From positions 33,480,001 to 33,544,000 of the forward strand of contig OX597816.1 in NCBI GenBank assembly GCA_951406725.2: 64,000 nt of DNA. The letters run 5' to 3'. This document shows, piece by piece, positions 11,796-24,320 of this stretch (position 1 is the stretch's first letter; every line of letters starts with the position of its first letter). The position numbers were made by a program, and so were the translations under genes. The DNA comes from Octopus vulgaris (Eukaryota). Below the pieces are notes generated by a model that ran no database searches, was not told the origin of the DNA, and saw only the letters and a program-made list of their open reading frames with translations.

Positions 11796-13800
11796 TAACA
11801 ATAACAACAACAACAACAACAACAACAGAAACAACAACAAATATTGTTTCAAGTCCCATGTCAGTGGATGTATATGTTGTGTTACACACACAACAACACA
11901 CAGACACATATACGCACACACATGGATGTATGTACGTATCTATACGCTCTCTTTAAGTTCGAGTCTTGTCTTTCTATTAAATCGATCAAACAAACTGAAA
12001 ATAAAATAAATTATATTACAAAGCTTAAACAAAGAAATATTAAAGAAATAAGACTAAGAATCAGCCGCAAGGGAAATAATCCTTTCATACCTTGACAACA
12101 GAAACTATACATAAGTAAATATTTTAGCAAACGTCTAAAGATTTATTCGGCAAGAAAGCACTAAATTATTTGATTTCTGTTTAGAACTGGTTCTCTTAAG
12201 GGGTTTACACAACATTGATATCGAGAAAATAGATAGATAAATAAACAAACAAATATATAAATGAAAAGCGTAAATCTACGTAGAAAATTACACAAATATA
12301 TATATTAAAACAAAATAGTGGAATCAATTTGTGTATAGTTTGAAGCAAACAATATTTCAAGAGAGGTATACAACATTATCATTCTAACACTTGTTATGAT
12401 CGTTTACGAGGCTGTTCTGACATCATGAATATATTGCAACGGCATTGCTAATGATGAGGATGATGATGATAAGTATCGCCACCGTCATCGTCACGGGGAT
12501 AACAATCATTAATGTCGACGCGCTTATAAGGAGAAAGATGGCAGTAGTTTACTTGTTCAAACTAAAGAAGCCATGAAACATTTAGGAGATTCGTCAAAAA
12601 CAAAAAAATAAAAACAAGTGTGTGTTAGTGTCTTTAATATGTGACTTCATTACGTTCGTAGCTACCTACCTACCTACCTACCTACAAATCTATCTGCTTA
12701 CCTATCTCCGCACTACCCATCATCCTACCTATATACATACCTCCCCACATTTCTCCCTTCTACCGCTCTTCCAACCTACCTAGCTTACTACAACGGATAA
12801 AGCAAAAGTTTTAATATTCTTGCTATCATGTGCAAGCAAAGGCTCCATCGATTAACTTGATCCGGGGATTTCTAAGACTGCGGAAAGAGACATTTGGTCG
12901 GTAACTTCATAAGAGGAAATATGCGTTCAAAACACGGATTTCCTTTATTTGCGGACATCCAACTGTAAGCCGACTCGTTTTAGGGAGATAACTGAAACCG
13001 ATCTAAGAGTTATAACTCCATCTCACCCAAATTTAAAGCCCGGTAAAACTTAAACCCGGGTTTTTGTTTACAAAGTGAACTGACTATGATGTATTCCCCT
13101 CTCTTGATGTAAAGACGTTATGTAACGCCGGTCAACAAGTCTGACGAGTCTCCTATATAGCTAAGTGCTTTCATAAGAACCCCAAGTCTGGGTCGAGAAC
13201 AGCACATCTGTGCAAATAGCATATAAGGTCTCCAACACATGTCTTTCGATACAAATTCATATAAATAGAATCATGTATATAAACATATATATATATACAC
13301 ATGCACGCAGGCAAGCAATATTGCGATCAACTATGAGTTCCAGATTCAGCGTAGGGATGACTTCACATGTGGAGTTTGCATAAAGAAGGAGCACCAAATT
13401 GATAAAGTTCCCTATAGGTGTTACAGACGCGTTTTTATGGATAAATACACATATCAATTTATGCACCAACAAAACATACATCTGAAACAACCGACTTAAA
13501 TTTCAACCCATTGGTGTTCTTTCTTTATACAATTAATTTAACATTTTGAATTAGAAGTAGCTCACATAATGTGAACGTTATCAATGTCACAAACTAATCG
13601 ATGCGTGTGTGTTATTTATATATATATACTCTTTACTCTTTTTTACTCATTTACTTGTTTCAGTCATTAGACTGTGGCCATGCTGGAGCACCGCCTTTAG
13701 TCGAGCAAATCTATCCCAGGACTTATTCCTTATAAGCCTAGTACGATGTTGGATAATCACAGGCACACAAACTTATACACACACATACATACATATATGC

Positions 13801-14384
13801 TTATGAGATATTTATAATTTTAACCGTAATGGAGTTTTTTTTCTGATGGAGTTTTTTTTTCTGTAGAGAAAAAGGCTACATCCCTTTTAATAGTAGTAAA
13901 CTAATTACTGCTTGCTGCAGGGGGACTTGTAACCACTACAATATGTAGCGGCGGCAAGTCAACAGGTTGTTCTGAGACTTAACCTACGAACTTTTATTTT
14001 TGGATATAACGGGGTTACTCAAATGTGCTTGTGTTATTCGCTTCCGCTGTTTTCCAGGGGCACGTGTGAGTATCTCACTTATTTTCACTCGTAAGCTTAA
14101 CTGAAGACGAACGAACTCTTATAGTGTTGATTCCGAAATTGATTCAATATTAAGATAACGAAATTTAAATGTTCCAATGGTAGAGTTGCCCGCATTTCAG
14201 TTCAACTTTCAGTAGCAAGTAGATTAAACGTGGATTTCAGTATATTGGCTTTAGAAAACTTTCTTTAGCCCTTGATTATGAGATATTTATAATTTTAACC
14301 GTAAAGTTTCTTTTAATATACTGCCACAATTCCTGATGGAGTTTTTTTCTGTAGAGAAAAAGGCTACATCCCTTTTAATAGTAT
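13801..14384 (+). mobile_element. Non-coding, terminally redundant element (475-bp period) with a hammerhead motif; Penelope/retrozyme-like
   Basis: Direct repeat ttatgagatatttataattttaaccgtaa...ctgatggagttttttt ctgtagagaaaaaggctacatcccttttaatagta at 13801-13895 and 14276-14384; hammerhead-like motif inside at 14095-14155. Confidence 0.65.
14095..14155 (+). ncRNA. Type I hammerhead ribozyme-like motif
   Basis: CTTAA-CTGAAGA-[imperfect stem II gaacgaac...gttgattc]-GAAA-TTGATTCAA-TA^TTAAG. Canonical CUGANGA and GAAA, stem I CTTAA/TTAAG, short stem III ATTG/CAAT, NUH triplet AUA. Folded by eye; activity unknown. Confidence 0.6.
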
Positions 14385-15009
14385 ATATATATATATATAT
14401 ATATACGACGGGCTTCTTTAAGTTTCCGTCTACCAAATCCACTCACAAAGCTTTGGTCGGCCCGCAGCTATAGTTGAAGACAGTTGCCCAAGGTGCCACG
14501 CAGTGGGACTGAACTCGGAACCATGACGTTCGTAAGCAAGCTACTTACCACACAGCCACTCCTAAAAGTGTTTATAACATTTGCATCTCAAGCCTTTGTA
14601 GACAGTACATATATATATATATATTCGAAGTATATCTGCGCAGTTTCAGTCAAGCAAATTTCTCTCACATGCATGTTATTTATTGAACGTAGGCTATTTA
14701 ACGAAGCGCTTTCTACACGAAACGAAACCTAAGCACATAGTTCTTGTGAAACGAAATTATTAAGTACTCAGTTCTCACTTCGAGTCCAAGGCACATAAAG
14801 ACTCATTCACACTCACACTCAGATACATTCAACACACTGACACACATGCATACATATACACATGTACGCCAGCACACACCTTGCTCTGATTCATGCCAAT
14901 GTACACATCGTTTCGAAAACTATATATGCGTGAGTGACCTAGGCAATTATTGAACAAGATATGACAAGCAACAATACACTAATGTAAAAGCGTTTACAAC
15001 ATTCCCATT

Positions 15010-15520
15010 GCAAGACTTTCTGTAGTCTGGTGTGTCAGTGTTTCTTCATTTTTAGAGAATCAATTTCTCGTCACCAGTCACAATTCGGTGCAAAACTTTT
15101 TCTTTCGTGAGATGTGAGTTCAAGGAAGAGCACACATTCACTCTCTGCGTGTGATCATACTTGGGAAGTTTGTGAGGAACATATTGACTCAAATTGCTGG
15201 CACACCCGATGGCACGCTAGTGCCGATGAATGGTTGAATGTCCAAATCTAAGCTTCTCTGAGAGTTCATCAACAGTTGCGATGGGATTTTAATCCACCAG
15301 TATTTGCAGCACGTTCTCGTCGAGGTCCACAGGTTTTCCAGGACGCGGCTCATCTTATAGACTGTAGTTTCCGGCTCAGAATTTCTTGAACTACTGTTGA
15401 CTCTGGTTTACGCTAATTGTCCGATCCCCATATATTGCATTAATATTCCTCGCATCGTTCGTTGCGCTGTTGCCTTTATTGAACCCAAAAAGCAAAATAT
15501 GCCGGACATACTCCATTATA
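15010..15520 (-). pseudogene. Degenerate mariner (Tc1/mariner) transposase, N-terminal half
   Basis: Minus-strand translation across stops and frameshifts: MEYVRHILLFGFNKGNSATNDARNINAIYGDRTISVNQSQQ*FKKF*AGNYSL*DEPRPGKP...NPIATVDELSEKLRFGHSTIHRH...YVPHKL...HRIVTGDEK. This matches the mariner HTH domains, the WVPHEL linker and the first catalytic Asp motif (TGDEKW). Confidence 0.88.
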
Positions 15521-15636
15521 GCTTTGAAAGACTGTTAAAATCGAACTGCATTCTTCAAATCTTGCACTAAGTAGAATTACTACCTGCTTTTATAATAAGT
15601 TGATGCAGGTAGTTCATGCATCATGAAACCAGTATA

Positions 15637-15860
<224 letters not shown>

Positions 15861-16524
15861 ATGTAAATGTTTGTTTACTTAATATCTTTATAGCGAAATC
15901 AGTTGAATGATTTGGCGCGTATTAGTAATCAACCATCTGTTAATGCAGGTGAATTCGTTTGTTCAGCGGAAATCAATTGAACTTAACTTATTTGCACGTG
16001 ATATGCGACCTCAGCAGTGAATCAGCATTTTTGTCTTTTAAGTTTCCATTATTACAATAATATTGCTGCATTCATTGATGAAGTTTGTTGATTTTTCTTT
16101 TCAGTCCTTACTGGTTTGTAAAGATACATTGCAACATATTTTATCTTTTCCATGCATAAACTACAGAATTGGTTTTGTGACCTTGGTCTTTCCTATGCTT
16201 TTGTATCTTATTGTTACACACGCATGCTAAATGGTGGCTGTTTCCTTTTGATCAATGTTCCTAAGAACTAGTATGTGGGTACAATCACTTCTGAAATATA
16301 TTTTCACTGAAGCATATGGAGAAGTCTTTTGTTTAGTCTACTGGAGGGGGTTGCTTTTTTTCAGTTCTATTTTGTTTTTGTCAGACATAAAATTCGCTTC
16401 CACCAAATTATCTTTCATGTCTATACACTTTATATGGAATTGTGTGTATGTATGTATATATATATATATATACACACACATATATATATATATACTTATA
16501 CACATACATTCTTACTTGTATACA

Positions 16525-16589
<65 letters not shown>

Positions 16590-17154
16590 TCGTATGTAAA
16601 TGTATGCTTGTGTGCACGTGTGTGACGCCAGTCGACACGTGACCGAATAAGATTCCAAAAAGTTCCTGAGCATGAATTTGTTTTCTGTTGGTAAGTTATT
16701 GCAAAAGTTTGGACCCATTTTTCAACGCAAACAGAAAAGAGGTTGAGACAACTAGAAAGGAAATGCTTTTCAGATGTTTTTGTAAAGTGTTCCTTCATTT
16801 AGAAGGAATTTCCGATCAAAACTAAAGGTTTTTCACTCGCATCAAAACCTAGGACCGCGAGAGATATTACTCCTACAGAGGAGAGTAGACCTAGGAACAA
16901 TTCAGTCTAAGAGGTGGTTTCACATTTCAAAATTTTGTAACTACACGACCAGGGTCACATTACCAAATGCAGTTTAGAGTTATATAAATGACATATACAC
17001 ACACACAGATGCAGAGATATAAGTATTTATCTGGTTAGAGGAACAGAAATTTATGTATATGTAATAACTATGTGTGAGAGTATGGAAGTAGTATTGGCGC
17101 ACGCGCACACATTTATATAAAGAAACACTCGCGCGCGAGCGAGATTAATTTACA

Positions 17155-17568
17155 CTTTACTCTCTTTTACCCATTTGTTTTAGTCATTTGACTGCGGACA
17201 TGCTGGAGCACCGCCTTTAGTCGAGCAAATCGACCCCAGGACTTATTCTTTGTAAGCCTAGTACTGATTTTAACGGTCTATATTTGCCGAACCGCTAAGT
17301 TACAGAGACCTAAACAAACCAGCATCGGTTGTCAAGCGATGTTGGGGTGGGAGACAAATAAAGTCATACAAACACACACTCACATATATACATATACATA
17401 TGTACGACGGGGTTCTTTCAGTTTCCATCTACTAAATACGCTCACAAGGCATTGGTTGGCCCGAAGCTATAGTAGAAGACACTTGTCCAACTTAGCACGC
17501 AGTGTGACTGACCCCAGAACCATGGGCTTGGTAAGCCAGCTACTTACCACACAGTCACTCCTGTGCCT
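17155..17568 (-). mobile_element. SINE family A, full-length (first of an adjacent pair)
   Basis: Colinear with 6863-7278. Confidence 0.9.
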
Positions 17569-17580
17569 GTATAAGAATTA

Positions 17581-18019
17581 CTCTCTTAGTTGTTTCAGCC
17601 ATTTGACTGCGGCCATGCTGGAGTACCACCTTTAGTCGAGCAAATCGACCCCCAGGACTTATTCTTTGTAAGCCTAGTACTTATTCTATCGGTGTCTTTT
17701 GCCAAACCGCTAAGTTACGGGGACGTAAACACACCAGCATCGGTTGTCAAGCTTTGCTGGGGGGACAAACACAGACACACCAACATACACGCACATGCAC
17801 ACACACACACACACACTCACACACACTCACACACACACACATATATATATATATACACGGCGTGCTTTTTCAGTTTCCGTCTACCAAATCCACTTACAAG
17901 TCTTAGGTCGGCCTGAGGCTATAGTAGAAGACACTTGTCCAAGGTGCCACGCGGTGGGACTAAACCCAGAACCATGTGGCTAATAGCAAGCTACTTACCA
18001 CACAGCCACTCCTGCGCCT
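17581..18019 (-). mobile_element. SINE family A, full-length (second of an adjacent pair)
   Basis: Colinear with 6863-7278; head-to-tail with the previous copy, about 12 bp apart. Confidence 0.92.
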
Positions 18020-18929
18020 ATAGCTACTTATCACACACCCACTTATTGTGTAAGCATTTTAAAAATATGACTTGCATTTGAAGACTGTATATTATAATAT
18101 TTAATTTTCTTATCATGATGAAGTATTCTTTATATGTTGATGATAGAATATCTACAACTTCACGTTGTCATTGTAGTGAAGGGTCCTTAACTTCATGTAT
18201 GAATGCACACATACGCATACAAACACGCACTTATATAAACGGTAAACATATACGTTACTTTACACACAAACACACACTTATGTAGCCAAAATATCTGCTA
18301 GTACTTGTTGACATCTTTAGTTATAATAAAAACAACGTTACATTAATCTGATGAGTTCCTCTAAAAGCTTTGTTGAGTGCAAGCTTATTTTACTTCAACC
18401 AGTAAAGAAACTGGCCAGGTTAAACATATCGCCTACTTATAATGTTTTATGAACCCCTAAAATAATTGTATTATGCAAATTTAAATCACGCAAATACTAA
18501 TGTTTTAAATAATAGACTATATTTTGAAGCTTTGACCTTTACATCATCAAGGCAAATGATGAAATCCAATAAAACTAGGATTGGAGAGTAGTTTTGGTTA
18601 ATTTTATACCTACTTCTCAAAAGGAACACTCCTAAATATTCATACTTGCTTAAATAAAAAGTTCTAATTACGTAAATAAATTTTAAAGAAATATATAACG
18701 CAAAATTTAATCAATAAGAATTTCTGCAAAACACTTTTCCATAAAGCTTAATTACCACTTCACTCAAAATCAAATACCCAAAGAAAATTTTAACTATATA
18801 ATTCCAAGAATATCTTCAATGCATCGCAGTCGGACGATGTCTTAACTACCCGACTCTTCTAAATTCGTGTCAACAATATACGCGTTTCAGAATTAAAAAA
18901 AATATACGTGTAAATATTAGGAATACATA

Positions 18930-19680
18930 TCGTGGCTGTGTGGTTAAGAGGCTTTCTTCCCCACCATGAAGGGGTTAGGAAGAATCTGAAATGATTACAG
19001 TTCTCTCATTGGTGGACATTTATGAAAACAAAATTATTTCTTTAAAGATGATTTAATTGCATAAGTGATGCGAGATTAATGCCAGTATAATTAACAAATA
19101 ATTATGTTCTTTTCAATGACAGGCAACGAAATCATGTGACTAATGTAGTTAGTTGTTAATTTAATAAAGGAATCTAAGACTCGTTTTCTTATATGTATAT
19201 TTTTTGAGTGATTTCAATGAAGAAAACAAATGATACAATAAGAAATAATAAAATAAAATATTTTTTTATATCTATATTTAGGAATATGCCCCATTTTAAA
19301 GGAAACACAATTAAAAAATTAAAATCCTGGTTCCTCAGGAACGCGTCTTCTACTATAGCCGCAGGCCAAATAAAATCTTTTGAGTGGAGATGGATGTCGG
19401 AAACTGAGAGTAGCCAGTTTTGTATGAATATACACACACGTGAGTACACACATTGATGCATGTATGTATCCATACATGTGTTTGTCATCGTAGACCATGT
19501 GACACTGGTGTTGGTTAGTCTACGATCACGTAATGCGGTGGCTTACCAAAAGTGGACGGTAGAATATCTAGTAGGCTTTGGAAAAATACATATTGGGGCC
19601 GTGGTTTTCGATTAAACTCTTCAAGGCAGTGTTTTACCATAGTTGCTCTCCAATGACTGAAAGAAGTAAAATATAAAAGA
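18930..19680 (+). mobile_element. Old family A-related SINE interrupted by a 340-bp duplicated segment
   Basis: Head gtggctgtgtggttaagagg at ~18932; resumes gcgtcttctactatagcc...ggaaactgag at ~19343; tail caatgactgaaagaagtaaaa at ~19650-19671. Confidence 0.65.
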
Positions 19681-20456
19681 TACATACATACATGCATACA
19701 CACACATATGTATGTGTGCGTGATAGTAAGTGTATGTACTTGTGTGCATATACACGTGTGTGTGTATCAAGCTATTGATCGGTCTATCAATCTATAGTAT
19801 ATTTATGAAAAGCAATATCTTTATATAGATGATTTTGCTTCTGTCAGAGCAAAAAATATATTTATAATTGATAACTGCAGTTAAAATTTGCCTCTCTGAA
19901 ACATATTTTTCCTAGAATAATGAGAATATTTATTTCCCGATCAAGATTTGAGGAGAGGATGGGAAAATAGACTTCAATAGAGCAAAGCAACTATTCCAGA
20001 GTTTTTATATTCCAGTGTCCTTACATTGTAGCAATTCTCTCCCAATTAAGCGCGATGAGATAGATAAATAGAATATACCTAATTTCATTTGGACTTAATT
20101 TTTTGTTCAAATTTATTTCTGAAATGATTACAGTTCTCTCATTGGTGGACATTTATGAAAACAAAAGTGTTTCGTTAGAGATGATTTAATTGCATAAGTG
20201 ATGCGAGATTAATGCCTATATAATTAACAAATAATTAAGTTCTTTTCAATGACAGGCAACGAAATCATGTGACTAATGTAGTTAGTTTTTAATTTAATAA
20301 AGGAACCTAAAACTAGTTTTCTGATATACATATTTTTTGAGTGATTTCAATGAAGAAAACAAATGATACAATAAGAAATAATAAAATAAAATATTTTTTA
20401 AATCTATATTTAGGAATATGCCCCATTTTAAAGGAAAAACAATTAAAAAATAAAAA
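18985..20456 (+). repeat. Local direct duplication, ~340 bp (18985-19325 and 20118-20456)
   Basis: Both copies start tctgaaatgattacagttctctcattggtggacatttatg and end ...taggaatatgccccattttaaaggaaa.acaattaaaaaat; offset 1133 bp; scattered substitutions. Confidence 0.95.
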
Positions 20457-20837
20457 TTGTTTTTTTATTTTGGAAAATGACATTTATTTCAAGATTGGAA
20501 GCAAATTTCTTTGTACTATGAGTTAAACATATCCTCTGTTAAATAGCGTGTGATAGTAGTGGAATGTATTTTTGTCTTTGAATAGTGGGAGAATACTTGA
20601 TATGAAGCAGCTAATCTAAGTACTGATTACCTTAAAATTATTCAAAAGGAGGGCGTTATAACCAAGGAAAATCTGCTACAATGGCAAACAAAATTATGTC
20701 ACAAAATTAGTTGCTAATAACTCGTCACTAATACATAGCAATTGAACATTATTACTGTCTAAGAATGCATTTATTCATAATAGTTGAGCAGTTTGCAGTA
20801 ACTGAAAAAGACATGTGTGTGTGTGAGCGAGAGAGAG

Positions 20838-20880
<43 letters not shown>

Positions 20881-22779
20881 GAGATGATATCTTTGAGAAT
20901 GTATGTGAATATGTTTCTAAGAACGGTGGCTACAACATAAAAGCCATTTGTTTTAAATTCTGCTTTTAGTTCTTGTTGCGGTCACGACAGTCAGGACTAT
21001 GGAACAGATAAATAAGTCACATATGCATTGTTATTTAGACACTTCCCTTACAATTACATTCAAAAAGTTTTCGTGCATTTGTCTGAAATAACCAAAGCGC
21101 ATGCAGTTTCGACCAACTATGACACCGAATTCGATTGAGAGCGAGAAAAACAAATCGATTTCAGAGTATTGATCAAATTTGTTAGGTAGAGAACTTTCAC
21201 CAACACATAGCATAAAGCTAGACAATAGTTAATATCATTATCGACTCTTTTTTACGGTACAGAATCTTGAAATGTTCAATAAATGAATAGCGCTGTATCT
21301 GTTTAAAGCCAGAAAGGCAAAGCTGTAGTGAAGGAAAGACACAATATATTAGAATTCAATAATATATGAAAGAACATTGACTGCTTTAACTGAATCTGGA
21401 GGCCGAAGGGTTTAAATGACAAAGACTGGCAGCAGCATCTTGTGACATTGCAATATATCAAATGGAAGAGAGAACTGGTTATCAGGACGCATTTCAATAT
21501 CCTTGCAGCATGAACAGAGGAAGCTCAGTCATCTATGCTAATATTATTTCTAGCATAAACTTAATAAATGTTAGTAATAATATTATCAACAAAGGAAGCC
21601 TCTAAGCATAGTTCTGTATGCTGATAATAGCTGCAGGGTAGAGGTGGATTTGAAGGAAGAACTTTTGTTAACAAGCCTTATTTCAATAGAAATGTAATGA
21701 GCTGATATAGCATGTTGACAAAAAAGTCTTGTATATAGTATTAGCAATGCTTAGGGAAGGCTATACAGTTTAACTGGACCTAAAATACGGAAGACCTAAG
21801 GAGTTGCATGGTATACGTGGGTGGTAGTGTACGAGTCTTCCAGCAGTGCCTGAATATCATTAGTTTCTAACAAGATTCACTATAGCACACCGCATTAGGG
21901 TTGGACGTGCTGCAGTAGAGCAGTAGTTCGTGAAATAGAGAGAGAGAGAGAGAGAAGCAGACAATTAGTCATTATTAATGTGGCAGATGTTTGTGAGAAA
22001 GACACAATGCTCACACCGGAGTAAATTTCGTTCGGCTGTAAAAAAAATAATTCTTGCACTAATGGTTGGAGTGATTGATTAATTTTTATTGTCTACCTAA
22101 TTTCTTCGTTGACAGACCTGTAGTATGTAAGTTAGGTACTCGGAGTTATATTTTACCTGGCAGAATAGTTTGCATAAGTTAGGTTCAATTATAGTTATTG
22201 CTGATTTTATACCGGTTGCAGGTATTTAATTTAAAAGGACGAAGCCTATGTCCTTACGTAAAAAATGTGGCTTCTATCGTTGATCCAGTTATGTGGTTTG
22301 GAAGATCCGTGGACTGAAGCAACAAGTATTGCATGTATAAATGAAGAACCTCAGTATTAATTGGCTTATACCTAGTACTACTCATTGAAAAGGCAGACAT
22401 TCACTTAATAGATCGTGACAGCTAGTTGATCTTCTCTAGGCTGAGCCCGGGGGAGAATTTCGGTATGGAAAGGGAAAGTTTATAAAAAACAAGAAAAAGT
22501 CTCCAGAAATACAGCTACAATGAAAATAATATTTACTTAAGTGAAGGTGAGTGTAAGAATGTTTTTTAGCAAATGTGGAAGCCGTAATGGTTTCCTTTGA
22601 TTTTCATATATGATAAAGTGCTTGTAAATAATGTAACAGGTAAAAGGTTTGTTATTGAAAATGTTTGCTCTTTGTGAGTCATTTCACGTTGTCTAAGTAA
22701 TACATTGATGAATTGCGAAGTGAAATACATAGAGAAAAATCCAGCAATTTTTTTCTCTTAAATATATTTATTTATATTA

Positions 22780-22934
22780 TATAAAAGGCATTATTATACA
22801 TGAAGGCCACACGCTAGGAGGGACTCTTGAATTAAAAACTGCCAAAATATATAAATACATTGTATTTTGGTAGTTTTGACTATAAGAGTCCCTCCTAGCG
22901 TCTGGCATTTATGTATAGTAATGCCCTCTTTATA
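22780..22934. repeat. Fold-back hairpin (~65-70-bp stem, ~9-nt loop); MITE-like
   Basis: ggcattattatacatgaaggccacacgctaggagggactctt...ccaaaatata pairs with tgtattttgg...aagagtccctcctagcgtctggcatttatgtatagtaatgcc; flanked by TA-rich sequence. Confidence 0.88.
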
Positions 22935-22973
<39 letters not shown>

Positions 22974-23003
22974 CATGAATATATTTATATACGTATATAT
23001 ACT

Positions 23004-23043
<40 letters not shown>

Positions 23044-23059
23044 TATATATATATTTAGT

Positions 23060-23610
23060 CCTGAAGCAGCTGTTAGATGATTCAAATATCGATGTGATAA
23101 ATGTTGACTTTGCAATAGCTTTCGAGAAAGTTGACCATGGCGTGATATGTCACAACCTGCGAAACCTTGGTATAGCTGGTAAACTTGCAATGTCACTGCA
23201 TGAGTTCCTAAACAACAGAAGTCAGACAGTTGAAGCCAAAGGTGCACTTTGTAAGGAAAGACAAATTTCGAGTGGTGTCTCTAAGGGAAATGTCTTAGTG
23301 CCGTTACTGTTTATAGTAGCCATTTTAGACATGACCACAGTCAATCAGACAGCTACTGTCACGATCTACACCAATTATACACAATTATCACAGGCAACAA
23401 AGTATCCTAATGATGTCGTAAACCTGCAGAACAACCTAAATGGAACGTACAATTGGGCAGAGCAAACAATATGCAATTTAATGCAGAAAAATTTGAAGCA
23501 TTGCGCTATAAGAACATAAATGCTCCACAAATGGCAGGTTACAGGACCTGAAAGTACTGCAATCCCAGCGTCACAAAGAGTGAGAGACTTGGGCATCAGT
23601 ATGTGTTGAA
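23060..23610 (+). pseudogene. Degenerate reverse transcriptase fragment of a CR1/Jockey-group non-LTR retrotransposon
   Basis: ORF 23094-23519: VDFAIAFEKVDH (cf. LDFxKAFDxVDH), SGVSKGNVLVPLLF (cf. SGVPQGSVLGPLLF), IYTNYT at the YADD position (catalytic Asp residues lost), LQNNLNGTYNWAE (cf. LQxDLxxxxxWA); then vRDLGI after a frameshift. Confidence 0.9.
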
Positions 23611-23959
23611 ACACATGAAAGAATAATAGAATAAAGGAATATATGTGTGTTTATTCATACATAAATCCATACATACATACATATATACATACATATATAT
23701 ACATACGCACACACACGCACATATAAATAATTTTTATATTCCGAAATATTACATCAAACCATGGATGTTTAAAATATAACAGTTATTATAGTCTATTGTT
23801 GTTACTATTGGGCATTGTTGTGCCGTTCAAAACACATTATATATATATATATGTATATATATATATGCGCGTGTGTGTGTATCTACATGCATAAATATAT
23901 AAATATGTATATGTAAACATATAAATATATATAAATGTGTGTATATATATATATATACA

Positions 23960-24165
23960 AAAATGTGACCTCGTGTGTACCGTTGGCGATTTTTTTCCTC
24001 TGTCTTCCCTTCTCAGGATCTTTTCTTCTCCTATGTCTCCGACGAAAAGCTTCGCTCGAAACATTAAACCCTCCGTCTTCCCTTTTTCCTGAGCGTCCAA
24101 TAATACTATATTTGTTCCACATCCTCGCGTTGTTGTGTTTTTTGTGGATTCTTGTTTGGATTAAC
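23960..24165 (+). mobile_element. Short Penelope-like non-coding fragment in (TA)n with a decayed hammerhead-like motif (24035-24070)
   Basis: gtct-CCGACGA-a-AAGC-ttc-GCTC-GAAACATT-aaac; pyrimidine-rich flanks; embedded in microsatellite. Confidence 0.5.
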
Positions 24166-24271
24166 TATATATATATATATGTTTGTAAGTGTTTATATAT
24201 ATATATGTTTGTATATATGAATGTATATATATATATATATACATATGTATAAACACACACACATTCACACA

Positions 24272-24320
<49 letters not shown>

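Larger units (their letters stand above)
13629..14563 (-). mobile_element. SINE family A copy split by an insertion in its central microsatellite
   Basis: 3' half (partly deleted) at 13629-13797 and 5' half with tRNA head at 14404-14563; an unrelated element lies between them. Confidence 0.85.
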
